A stretch of 64,000 nucleotides of DNA from a virus: positions 32,001 to 96,000 of IMG/VR virus record IMGVR_UViG_3300037104_000796. One strand, 5' to 3'. Positions within the stretch are counted from its first letter, which is position 1. Each line of letters opens with the position of its first letter. This document shows, one piece after another, positions 9,740 to 18,834 of the stretch. Made by a program: the position numbers and the translations under genes. Under the pieces are notes generated by a model. It worked only from the letters and a program-made list of their open reading frames with translations, was not told the origin of the DNA and made no database searches.

Positions 9740-10770
9740 AACAGTATTTAGACGTATTAAATAAAATTTTAACAGAAGGTGTGGAAAAAGAGTCAGGAAG
9801 ACTTAACATGCCGAATACTATAGGAATTTCTAACGCTTTGATAAAAATGGATCTTAGTGAAGGTTTCCCATTATTGACTACAAAAAAGATGTTTTTGAAG
9901 GGAATAATTTATGAGTTACTTTGGATATTACGCGGCGAAACAAATATTAAATATTTAGTTGATAAGGGTGTTAACATCTGGTCGGGTGACGCATACAGAT
10001 GGTATTTAACATTAATGAAAGGTAGAGTATCATCAATTCTTCCAATTGAAAGTCAAGAACAATTTATAGAATATATTAAATCTGGGAGAAAATTTACAAG
10101 AACAGATGAAAAAGGAAACGTGATATATTCGTTGGGTGATTTAGGTAAGGTTTATGGATATCAATGGAGGAAACAGAATGGTGTCGACCAAGTTCGAGAT
10201 GTGATTGAGGGACTTCGAGACAATCCATATAGTCGTTATCATATTATAGACGCTTGGAACAAAGCAGACTTCAAATATATGGCGCTTCCTCCTTGTCATT
10301 TACTTTATCAATTTATCGTACGACCAATATCACCTGAAGAAAGAGGAAAAATTGGATATGATAAATGGGAATATTTAAGAAAAACTAAACCTAAAAATTA
10401 TGTTGATAGTGATGTTCCTAAATTTTATCTTGATCTCAATATGTATCAAAGATCATGCGATACATTCTTAGGAGTTCCCTTTAATATCGCTTCAATGTCT
10501 TTGTTACTTATGATATTTGCGAAAGTATCTAATATGATTCCGGGTGTTTCAACTTGGATAGGTGGAGATACACACATATATGTTGATCATATAGATGTTG
10601 TTAAAGAACAAATCTCAAGAAAACCTAAAAAATTACCTACATTAGAGATTAAAAAAGATTTAAAAACGTTAGAAGATATTTTAGCGTTAACGATCGATGA
10701 TTTTAATTTACAAGGATATCAATCTGATGATAAACTTTTTGGCGAACTATTTACAGGAAATAAAAAATGA
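9736..10770 (+). CDS. thyA: Thymidylate synthase
   Basis: GFPLLTTKK, ELLWILRG, LGKVYGYQWR, MALPPCH, YQRSCDTFLGVPFN, GDTHIY motifs. Confidence 0.97.
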   Translation: MKQYLDVLNKILTEGVEKESGRLNMPNTIGISNALIKMDLSEGFPLLTTKKMFLKGIIYELLWILRGETNIKYLVDKGVNIWSGDAYRWYLTLMKGRVSSILPIESQEQFIEYIKSGRKFTRTDEKGNVIYSLGDLGKVYGYQWRKQNGVDQVRDVIEGLRDNPYSRYHIIDAWNKADFKYMALPPCHLLYQFIVRPISPEERGKIGYDKWEYLRKTKPKNYVDSDVPKFYLDLNMYQRSCDTFLGVPFNIASMSLLLMIFAKVSNMIPGVSTWIGGDTHIYVDHIDVVKEQISRKPKKLPTLEIKKDLKTLEDILALTIDDFNLQGYQSDDKLFGELFTGNKK

Positions 10771-10774
10771 AATA

Positions 10775-11002
10775 ATGCCAATAGATTTTTCAGACACATC
10801 TAAATTAATAGATGAAATAAACGAAATGATTATGAAAGAAGAGATTGAAAACAAAGAAAAAACGGAAATTTGCGTTATTTGCGGAAAAGATACAGGAGTT
10901 CCTGTTAATCAAAATATAGATTTAAGAAAAACATATGTAGAAGGCGCAGGGCAACTTTGCAGTACTTGCTATAATAAACTTTATAATCCTAAATTAACAT
11001 AA
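10775..11002 (+). CDS. Hypothetical Zn-ribbon protein (likely start 10775)
   Basis: CVICG...YVEGAGQLCSTC; ATG just after the thyA stop. Confidence 0.6.
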   Translation: MPIDFSDTSKLIDEINEMIMKEEIENKEKTEICVICGKDTGVPVNQNIDLRKTYVEGAGQLCSTCYNKLYNPKLT

Positions 11003-11005
11003 TAT

Positions 11006-11728
11006 ATGAATAAATTTCATTATGTTTATATTACTACAAATTTAATTAACGGGCATCAATATGTTGGAGATAGAACTTGTAATTGTGAACCCGAAAAAGA
11101 TGCATATTTAGGAAGTGGCAAATTATTTACAAAAAAGAAAAAGGAATATGGAATTCAGAATTTTAAAAAAGAGATATTGGAATTATTTGAAACAAAAGAA
11201 AAAGCATTTAATGCTCAAGAAAAATATATCATTCACTATAATACTTTAATACCAAATGGATATAATATAAGTCCTAAGGGTGGATATGGTGTGCCGGGAT
11301 CATTTTTACATGAAGAAACAAAGAAAAAAATAAAAACATCTAATAAAGGAAAACATAAAGAACAAATTAAACTTAATAACAAAAAATATAAAAAAGGAAA
11401 AAATTATGAAGAACAAATGATTAATACTTATGGAGAAGAAAAAGGAAAAATAAAAGCGGTAGAATATCATAAAAAAATATCGGAAAAAACATCAAAAGAA
11501 AATAATGGTATGTTTGGAAATGGATATTTAATAACAGGAGAAAATAATGGTATGTTCGGAAAAATATCTCCAATGAGGGGAAAACAATTTAATATAGAAC
11601 ATAACAAAAAAATAAGTGAATCAAAAATTGGAAAAGAACGAAACACACATCTATGTCCATATTGTAATAGAGAAATTGGAGATGGAAATTATGAAAGATG
11701 GCACGGAGAAAATTGTAAACAAAAATAA
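11006..11728 (+). CDS. GIY-YIG homing endonuclease (Seg-like)
   Basis: YVYITTNLING.QYVG...YLGSG...F.KEILE...GYN; NUMOD3-like repeats; terminal CPYC...WHGENC. Confidence 0.88.
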   Translation: MNKFHYVYITTNLINGHQYVGDRTCNCEPEKDAYLGSGKLFTKKKKEYGIQNFKKEILELFETKEKAFNAQEKYIIHYNTLIPNGYNISPKGGYGVPGSFLHEETKKKIKTSNKGKHKEQIKLNNKKYKKGKNYEEQMINTYGEEKGKIKAVEYHKKISEKTSKENNGMFGNGYLITGENNGMFGKISPMRGKQFNIEHNKKISESKIGKERNTHLCPYCNREIGDGNYERWHGENCKQK

Positions 11729-11737
11729 AATAAAAAT

Positions 11738-12568
11738 ATGGGTCGCATAAAAAAATTATGTTATAATATAAACGCTTTTGATGCAAGCGAACTGCTTGAA
11801 ACTATGCTTACAGAGATAAAAGACGAAGTTAATTGCGTTAATGCTATATGGCAAGCAAAATCCTATTGGCAAAATCCTATGGATCCTATTGATATGGAAG
11901 AATTACATCGTTTAAAAAAAATAGGTTTAATTGATAATTTAATTGAATTTAAACCTGATTTTTTGGCATATGCTCGTCAACAAGAAACTGACAAAAGAAA
12001 TATGGGAATTATGTGGGCCAGAGAACATGGATATTCTCATGTGTTATCACTAGATGCCGACGAGCTCTACGACAAAGATCAATTCAAAGCTGCTAAAGCA
12101 GAAATTAATGCAAAAGGCTGGCCAATCACATACTGGAGTTACGTAAATTACTACAAAGATTTCAATCATTATTTAGTTTATCCGTTCAGGCCTTTCGTTA
12201 ATGGAATCCACTCAACTTATTTTACATATACCTTCAATGGTCCAGCTCCCGGACCCACTGATCCAACGAGAAGAATTTTGAATCCGCTTAATATAGGTAC
12301 CTATCTGTTTCCAGATGAAGTAATTAGAATGGCGCATGGAGCGTGGATAAGAAAGAATATTCGTAAGAAACTCGAGAACTGGAGTGCTAAAGATAATTTC
12401 AATAGACAACTTATTGATAAATGTGTACAACAATACGAAAATTGGAAAGAAGGTGATAATGCAGTAATGTTATTCAACGTTCCAGATAATAATGTATACG
12501 TAAAGAAATTGGAAACAAAAATTCATAAATTTGAAGTTCCGTGGTTACAAAACAAAAAAGAGGCTTAA
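11738..12568 (+). CDS. Putative GT-A fold (GT2-like) glycosyltransferase
   Basis: ETDKRNMG...HVLSLDADE (DxD motif) as in GT2-like families. Confidence 0.6.
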   Translation: MGRIKKLCYNINAFDASELLETMLTEIKDEVNCVNAIWQAKSYWQNPMDPIDMEELHRLKKIGLIDNLIEFKPDFLAYARQQETDKRNMGIMWAREHGYSHVLSLDADELYDKDQFKAAKAEINAKGWPITYWSYVNYYKDFNHYLVYPFRPFVNGIHSTYFTYTFNGPAPGPTDPTRRILNPLNIGTYLFPDEVIRMAHGAWIRKNIRKKLENWSAKDNFNRQLIDKCVQQYENWKEGDNAVMLFNVPDNNVYVKKLETKIHKFEVPWLQNKKEA

Positions 12569-12580
12569 GCCTCTTTTTTT
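12555..12580. terminator. Bidirectional intrinsic terminator shared by converging genes
   Basis: Perfect palindrome AAAAAAGAGGC-TTAA-GCCTCTTTTTT containing both stop codons. Confidence 0.85.
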
Positions 12581-13236
12581 ATGGGTGGATGAATTGATAT
12601 ATTTTTATTTTTATTCTTACTAAGTTTTGGTAAACTTTTTCTACGTTCTTGATCTTTTAATGTAGATTTGGCAGACTCTTCGGGTGATTCATCTTCATCA
12701 TTTGTAGATATTGATTCTCTAACTACTTTTCCTTTTCTAGCTGCTTCAATCTTTTCTTTTCTTCTACTTGGAATATTGTCTGTAGTTACACTTACATCAT
12801 CGTAATATTCAACAGGATCGAAGATAACAAGTTTTGTTGTTAGAGGATCAATTTTAACTGGAAGTTGATTATCTTGATCTAAAACAACATAATATTTTAT
12901 TGCGCCATCATCAGTTTGAGCAATTTTATTTACAATTCCAGTTACATATTTTTTATCTGGAGTAGCATTTGATCTTACGGCGATGCCTCTAATTTTTGAA
13001 CCTAACTGAATTTGTTCTACTTGAGAATTTGCATCAACAGTAGGTTTTTGTTCGAGAGTATGATTGAGAGGTTTAATTTCGTAGGTATACATAGAGTTTT
13101 GACCTCCAAAGTTACTAGCACCGCCAAAACCACCTCTGGTTGTGCCACCTAAGCCACCTTTAAAACTATTCATGCTGAAGCCAGCACCGTAGCCTTCTTC
13201 AATTATACTTTCTCTAACTATTTTCATATTATCCAC
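12565..13236 (-). CDS. Hypothetical protein with capsid-targeting-like leader (MKIVRESIIEE)
   Basis: Leader matches the MKLVRESLNE family; Gly-rich segment; second KVVRES near the C-terminus. Confidence 0.7.
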   Translation of the reverse strand: MDNMKIVRESIIEEGYGAGFSMNSFKGGLGGTTRGGFGGASNFGGQNSMYTYEIKPLNHTLEQKPTVDANSQVEQIQLGSKIRGIAVRSNATPDKKYVTGIVNKIAQTDDGAIKYYVVLDQDNQLPVKIDPLTTKLVIFDPVEYYDDVSVTTDNIPSRRKEKIEAARKGKVVRESISTNDEDESPEESAKSTLKDQERRKSLPKLSKNKNKNISIHPPIKKEA

Positions 13237-14893
13237 CCATTACATCTTCACGTTTTCCGAATTTAACATTTCCGAAAGCTTTTCTGAAGATGTCCATTGC
13301 TGGTTTGTATTTTTCTTTTCCTTTAATATCGCCTGTTTCTTGGTGTATGTAAGGATGTGTTTCAACGATTAACCATAAAGCTTTTGCTGCTAATGATGCA
13401 TCACCTAATTTACACCAATACGCAACATAATTTTCAAGTTCCTGCGCAGTTAATTTTTTATCTTTTGATTGTGAACAAGCTGCACCAATTAAAGCGTTAG
13501 CTTGAAGAATATCAAATCCAGTTCCTTTTGCTTTTGGTTTAGGAGCTTTATCAGGATCAGAAAAGATCATCAATATTTCTTTTGGTTTAAATGATTCTAA
13601 TAAAATAAGAAATGCGTTAAATGCTTCAACTGTAGATGAGTGAATTGTTCCAGCCATAACATTTTCCATATCTGATCTTGAAAATACAATATCACCATAA
13701 TTTTGGCATTCTGCAAGCATTTTTGAAAGTGCTTCCCATGTACGAGGAGTTGTGTTAACTTTTACTTCATTATCAAATAGATAATAATGATCTCTGTTAA
13801 AGTCTACGAATGTTAAAATTCTATCATCAATCTTAGCACCTTTTCCCCATTCAATCCATTCATCAACAGTAGGAACAAAATTCCAGTGTTGAAAACGGTT
13901 TGCAAGTGCGGAACCCATTTCAGTTTGACCGCCTTCAGGGTCATCAGTAGTTCTGTTAGATGCAGCAATTATCGCCCATTTACTTCCAAGTTTTCTATCA
14001 CCTACAATTCTTTCGTCAACTAATTTTAAGCAAGTATTTTGTACTTCTGCATTTGCTCTTGAAATTTCATCTAAGAAAATAACTCCGCCTTCGCCATCAT
14101 TTGCGATACTATCTCGTCTTGCATTTTCTTCTGGATCTTCATGAGGTTCGTATGTTGGAAGCCAATTTTTTGGAATATCTCTGGCTTCAATACGTTCTGT
14201 ATTATCTGGTGCAATTATTTTATAAACTGATGGTAATGACCAGTCGTCAGGAGCCATTTTTGATGTTTGAACGTCGATACATCTGTGACCTGGGCCTAAT
14301 GTTTTAATAACTGCTTTTGTAATTGCAGTTTTTCCAATTCCTGGTGCACCCCAAATACAAGGTGACATTAATTTAGGATTTTTTGTTTGTAACAAAATTC
14401 TTTTAACAAGAAAATCTGAACCTACGTTTCTAATTTTATCTGTTCCTGAATAAGGTAATTTAACTGCATCTTCATTAAGTCTTTTAATTACCATATATGC
14501 GAATCTTTTGCTTTCACTTAATCTAGCTAATTTACGATTTGCTTTATTTTTTGCAGCTTGTGCCAAATAATCAGCTTTAATTCTTTTTATAATTTGATCA
14601 CCTGTTTTCATTCCTGCCAAGCCGGGTTCCATTGAAACATCGCCATCATTTGGAATGTATGAAAGAAATTTAGGATTTTTATCTTTGCAAACAACTCCAG
14701 TGTTAACAGGAGGGCTTGCTGGCACTGGTTTATCTTTGTAAAAACCTACAAAGAAATTTCCCACTTTTTTAAAGATTCCTTTAATAAGATTTTTGGCTTT
14801 ATTAAACCAATTAGCTACTACACCTTCGTTCATTGCAGGACCTTCTTTAAGTTGTAAAGTTTCTTCTATTGATTCAGGTACTAATTTTTTCAT
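13229..14893 (-). CDS. MoxR-like AAA+ ATPase with N-terminal extension
   Basis: Walker A GAPGIGKT, Walker B IFLDE, IIAASN, ALANRF, TPRTWE; adjacent to a vWA/metallopeptidase gene. Confidence 0.88.
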   Translation of the reverse strand: MKKLVPESIEETLQLKEGPAMNEGVVANWFNKAKNLIKGIFKKVGNFFVGFYKDKPVPASPPVNTGVVCKDKNPKFLSYIPNDGDVSMEPGLAGMKTGDQIIKRIKADYLAQAAKNKANRKLARLSESKRFAYMVIKRLNEDAVKLPYSGTDKIRNVGSDFLVKRILLQTKNPKLMSPCIWGAPGIGKTAITKAVIKTLGPGHRCIDVQTSKMAPDDWSLPSVYKIIAPDNTERIEARDIPKNWLPTYEPHEDPEENARRDSIANDGEGGVIFLDEISRANAEVQNTCLKLVDERIVGDRKLGSKWAIIAASNRTTDDPEGGQTEMGSALANRFQHWNFVPTVDEWIEWGKGAKIDDRILTFVDFNRDHYYLFDNEVKVNTTPRTWEALSKMLAECQNYGDIVFSRSDMENVMAGTIHSSTVEAFNAFLILLESFKPKEILMIFSDPDKAPKPKAKGTGFDILQANALIGAACSQSKDKKLTAQELENYVAYWCKLGDASLAAKALWLIVETHPYIHQETGDIKGKEKYKPAMDIFRKAFGNVKFGKREDVMGG

Positions 14894-14926
14894 AATTATG
14901 ATTTGTGTTATTTTATTTTATATATC

Positions 14927-16597
14927 TTATGTCATATCACCTACAGATGTCTTTATAGCTCTTCCGAATGGTTTTTCCCATTCAAAATTGTCATAAACAA
15001 TCCAAATAAATTTGCCTGAATATTTTGGTGTTGCAGGATTACTTGCAAAACCATCAGTCAAAAATACACAAAGGCTAATTGCATCATGATATTCAGATTT
15101 AATCCAATCAAGAGGTTTTTGGAAGTTTGTTCCGCCACCACCCTTAACATTTTTTGGAAGCCAAATTTTAGATCCGCCATGAGGTTTAATAATTTGAATA
15201 GAGCCTTTATCGACTCCATCATCAAAGAAGATAACTATGATTTCTTTAATTTTCTTTGAGAATATAATTGCGTTTATTTCTCCAATAATCTTTTCAAATG
15301 TTTTTCCACCACCGCCACCACTGAATATTGATCCTGAAACGTCTACACAAACTACAACTTTTTTAAGAGCATCTTTTTTAATTTTAAGACCTCTCTTAAG
15401 ATATTCGTCACTTTTGTATAAATATTTTTTGGCACCAATTCTGTATTCTTTTTCAGGTGATAAAGCTGTTCCTACATATGCTTTTAATATTGACTTCCAG
15501 TTTGATGAGGATTTCAATATTTTTCCAATTCTACTAATCAATGCATCACCTCTGCCACTTCCGGCTTCTTTAGCTTTTTGAGCTGCTTTCGATATTTCCT
15601 TAGCATTTGATTCCCATTTGGCACGTGCATCATCTCCAGCTCTGGCTTCTGCTTCATCATACCCTGATGCTGCAGCAATCTGTTCTCCGGTACGTTTATC
15701 GATAATTGCACCGGCTCTTCCACCATCTATTTTTCCTAACTTACTAGCAAGACCTCTTGCATCTGCCGCTGCATCTTCTTGAGCTTGTTTTTGTTTTTTG
15801 GCTTTTTCAGCTTCTGCACCAGCGCCACCGCCTTGGCCTTGTCCAGGTTGCGGTTTTCCTTGACCCTGTCCTTGACCTGGCTGTCCCTGGCCACTACCTT
15901 GTCCCTGGCCTTGTCCCTGACCTTGTCCTTGTCCAGGTTGTCCTTGTCCGGGTTGTCCCTGACCTTTTTGAGGTTGACCATTTCCGGCACTTGGAGGTGG
16001 AGGTGGTAACTTAGGTGGATGTTTTAAAAGATCTGCATAAATTTGTTCTGCAGGGATATTTAAGTATTGTTTATCATACAAACCATGAATTTCATCTAAA
16101 ACAAACTTATCAGTAAAATCATCTGTTGTATCTACAATAATATCATTGATCTCATAATCTGCGGCTATATTGAATAATTCGTGATCAAAACCTTGACCTC
16201 TTTGATCATGCAATAAAATGCAATGCATAATTTCGTGAATGATAACAAATATTTTACCCATCCATGTAAGTTCTGCAGCAAATTCAGGGTTAACAAATAA
16301 TCTAATACCATCAGTAGCCATTGTTTTTATAATCCACGTATAAATAGTTGGGTCCATATCATGAACATAAGGACGATAAAGTGGAGACTGAGTAACAATT
16401 TTGTATTTTGCTTTCTCCATTTCTTCATGAACTTTCTTAACGTTAATAGTTTTTCCTGTGTATGGAGAAATAGCAGCTTCGCTCTCAACTAATTTAGGAA
16501 TTCCCGCAATTACTTCTTTACTTGCTACTTCGTTAATATTTCCTGATCTTAGTTTTTCGAGAAAATCTTCCAATAAAGGATAGTATTCTTGTTGCAT
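14927..16597 (-). CDS. DUF2201-like metallopeptidase plus vWA-like domain protein
   Basis: TMATDG, HEIMH (HExxH), NIAADYEIN; C-terminal DVSGS, GGGT, LTDG MIDAS-like residues; GQ-rich linker. Confidence 0.85.
   Translation of the reverse strand: MQQEYYPLLEDFLEKLRSGNINEVASKEVIAGIPKLVESEAAISPYTGKTINVKKVHEEMEKAKYKIVTQSPLYRPYVHDMDPTIYTWIIKTMATDGIRLFVNPEFAAELTWMGKIFVIIHEIMHCILLHDQRGQGFDHELFNIAADYEINDIIVDTTDDFTDKFVLDEIHGLYDKQYLNIPAEQIYADLLKHPPKLPPPPPSAGNGQPQKGQGQPGQGQPGQGQGQGQGQGQGSGQGQPGQGQGQGKPQPGQGQGGGAGAEAEKAKKQKQAQEDAAADARGLASKLGKIDGGRAGAIIDKRTGEQIAAASGYDEAEARAGDDARAKWESNAKEISKAAQKAKEAGSGRGDALISRIGKILKSSSNWKSILKAYVGTALSPEKEYRIGAKKYLYKSDEYLKRGLKIKKDALKKVVVCVDVSGSIFSGGGGGKTFEKIIGEINAIIFSKKIKEIIVIFFDDGVDKGSIQIIKPHGGSKIWLPKNVKGGGGTNFQKPLDWIKSEYHDAISLCVFLTDGFASNPATPKYSGKFIWIVYDNFEWEKPFGRAIKTSVGDMT
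15830..15980 (-). repeat. Low-complexity GQ/GQP coding repeat in the vWA protein linker
   Basis: GQGQPGQGQPGQGQGQGQ... in translation. Confidence 0.85.
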
Positions 16598-16613
16598 AAT
16601 TTTTATTTATTTT

Positions 16614-17264
16614 TTACTGTGAGTATATTTCGCCAGTTACATTACATATTCGTAATATAGTTGCTATGTCTGGAATTAATTTTGATCCTGTTATATGTAA
16701 GTCACCTTTAATTTCTTTAGGAAAATGTTCCAATGTGCCAATAGGATTATTTGACATATACAAATCTCCAATTTTTTCAGGCATAAATTCTAATGAATAC
16801 AAACTATTATCATTAATGTACACTTCACCTTCTATTTTTGTAGCTATTCCTTCTAATGATTCTAATCCGCAATTTGATGCAGCATACGCTCCTATTACCT
16901 GTTTTGGCCCGCCTATTAATCCTGAACTTTTAAGAGGATTGCCACTGCAGAAAAATGAACCCTGAACTAATTCAGGTCCACCTTTTAAATTTTCTAAACC
17001 ACAATTATTTACATGAAAACTTCCGTTAATGTGTGCAAATTTAATATACTCGGGAAATTCTTTAATTTGTTGATGCGAAAAAACAACTGAATCATCTCCG
17101 ATAATTCTCTTTTTGGGTGTTATTCTGTATTTATGTTTTGCTACGCCATGTTCACTCATCCATTTATGAATAAGTTCATCCATACCAATACCCATATTTT
17201 TTACAGGATCGCCATCTTCGGTGAACCCTAAATATTCATTTAAAGATTCTCGAACTAATTTCAT
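16614..17264 (-). CDS. Tagged-family protein with leucine-rich-repeat-like domain
   Basis: MKLVRESLNEYLGFTEDGDPVKNMGIG leader; repeats such as NCGLENLKGGPELVQGSF and NCGLESLEGIATKIEGEV. Confidence 0.75.
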   Translation of the reverse strand: MKLVRESLNEYLGFTEDGDPVKNMGIGMDELIHKWMSEHGVAKHKYRITPKKRIIGDDSVVFSHQQIKEFPEYIKFAHINGSFHVNNCGLENLKGGPELVQGSFFCSGNPLKSSGLIGGPKQVIGAYAASNCGLESLEGIATKIEGEVYINDNSLYSLEFMPEKIGDLYMSNNPIGTLEHFPKEIKGDLHITGSKLIPDIATILRICNVTGEIYSQ

Positions 17265-17265
17265 A

Positions 17266-18390
17266 TTATGCTATAATCATATAATCAAGTCTTACTGGAA
17301 AAGATTGTGGGTTAAATACATAAAATCCAGATATTAAATTTTCTACTTGTGACGATGCCGGGTCTTCAGCTGATAACCAAATTTGAAGAAGTCCTATTTT
17401 TTCCCATAAATTATATGAATTAACATAATCAAGATAATCTCCAGCACTGAATATTGCCGGATCGCAATTAACTTGTGAGTTTAATCCTACATCAACACTA
17501 CTAGTATGACTAATGAAGAATGATGATGAATCATAGGTTGCTTGAGTTTGAAATACTGAAACATCTAAAGCGTTTCCATTTATTGACGCGTCCCATAAAG
17601 ATACGTCTGTATATGTGGCAAAAGAACGAATAACACTAACATCAACAGGGGTAAAATATGTTAAATTATTCGTAACATGATTTACTTCTACAAATCTTTC
17701 TGAAAGTAAAATTCCATCAGGATAAGTTATTTTTAAAACATATCCTAACATTGCTCCATTTGGATATTTATATGCTGGAAGATCAGATGATGCATCATCT
17801 GGAAGAAGACCACCATAATACATCGTTCCTGTTGAAGGATTTGGAGTATTCCAAGTAGATGCATTAACTCTGGTTATATCGAAATAATATCCAGCTTTGG
17901 TACTTGAAAAGGATAATACACTAGCATCATATGATGCTTCTATATTAATTCCGTTATTGCCAAAAAGAATATTTAATGCTGTATCAAGAGAAACGCCAGC
18001 ATTATAATTTGATGATGCAGCAACGTATGTTGAAACATATCTAAAATTAGTGTAATAATTAATAGACATGTCTACACTCATAAAAGAATTATTATAACTA
18101 CTATCTAACAAAAAGTTTTGGGTTTTAAAACTAATGCCTTTTGTTAAACCAGCTATATATGTTACTTCTCCTGGCTCTAAAATTTTTGTTTGTATTGTCC
18201 ATGCATCGACATTTAACATTATGTCACCAAGATTCATAGCACCTAAAATGGTGTTACCAGAAACAATACCAACTTGATTTCCGGGTAAAAATTTAAAAAC
18301 ATCGTTTCCAGCACCGTTACTGTCAGGACACGGAGGTAAATCAGGAAAAATGTAATCGTTCGAAATATTATTAAAAAGGTCTTGATACAT
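17266..18390 (-). CDS. Hypothetical, probably virion structural beta-rich protein
   Basis: Ser/Thr/Asn/Tyr-rich, low Lys; late motif GAATAAATAA at 18410-18419; nine D-x-S tripeptides. Confidence 0.6.
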   Translation of the reverse strand: MYQDLFNNISNDYIFPDLPPCPDSNGAGNDVFKFLPGNQVGIVSGNTILGAMNLGDIMLNVDAWTIQTKILEPGEVTYIAGLTKGISFKTQNFLLDSSYNNSFMSVDMSINYYTNFRYVSTYVAASSNYNAGVSLDTALNILFGNNGINIEASYDASVLSFSSTKAGYYFDITRVNASTWNTPNPSTGTMYYGGLLPDDASSDLPAYKYPNGAMLGYVLKITYPDGILLSERFVEVNHVTNNLTYFTPVDVSVIRSFATYTDVSLWDASINGNALDVSVFQTQATYDSSSFFISHTSSVDVGLNSQVNCDPAIFSAGDYLDYVNSYNLWEKIGLLQIWLSAEDPASSQVENLISGFYVFNPQSFPVRLDYMIIA

Positions 18391-18458
18391 AATTACAGAA
18401 TTATTTTATTTATTTATTCAAGATTTAAAGATGCATATTGCTTTAACTCTTATTTCAT

Positions 18459-18481
18459 AAAAAAAGAGGCCATAGCCTCTT
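18459..18481 (-). terminator. Intrinsic terminator
   Basis: AGAGGC-CATA-GCCTCT hairpin with an A tract (T tract on the minus strand). Confidence 0.75.
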
Positions 18482-18782
18482 AATAATTCACAGATATTGT
18501 ATGATTACCACTATCCCATTCTTCTTCCGCATCAAAAGGATCATCTTCAACTCTTTCAGCATAAGGTTTAAGATCACTCCAATTCATGTTATTCTGAACC
18601 CAATCAAATATTTCAAATTCATCTTCTAACGCGTGATTTATTTCATCCAAATATTCTTGAGAATCTCTTTCATATCCATCAACTTCAGCATAATAATTTG
18701 CTCGTGATTCAGCTATTACAAATGCCGGTACTTCATAAGTTACACCTTTGTGGAATTTTATGATTAATTTTTTTTCTTTCAT
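18480..18782 (-). CDS. Small acidic hypothetical protein
   Basis: 100 aa, D/E-rich with several Trp/Tyr. Confidence 0.75.
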   Translation of the reverse strand: MKEKKLIIKFHKGVTYEVPAFVIAESRANYYAEVDGYERDSQEYLDEINHALEDEFEIFDWVQNNMNWSDLKPYAERVEDDPFDAEEEWDSGNHTISVNY

Positions 18783-18834
18783 ATTTTATCAAAATTTCTA
18801 TATTCTTTAGGATTTATTGGAATCCCGAATTTAT

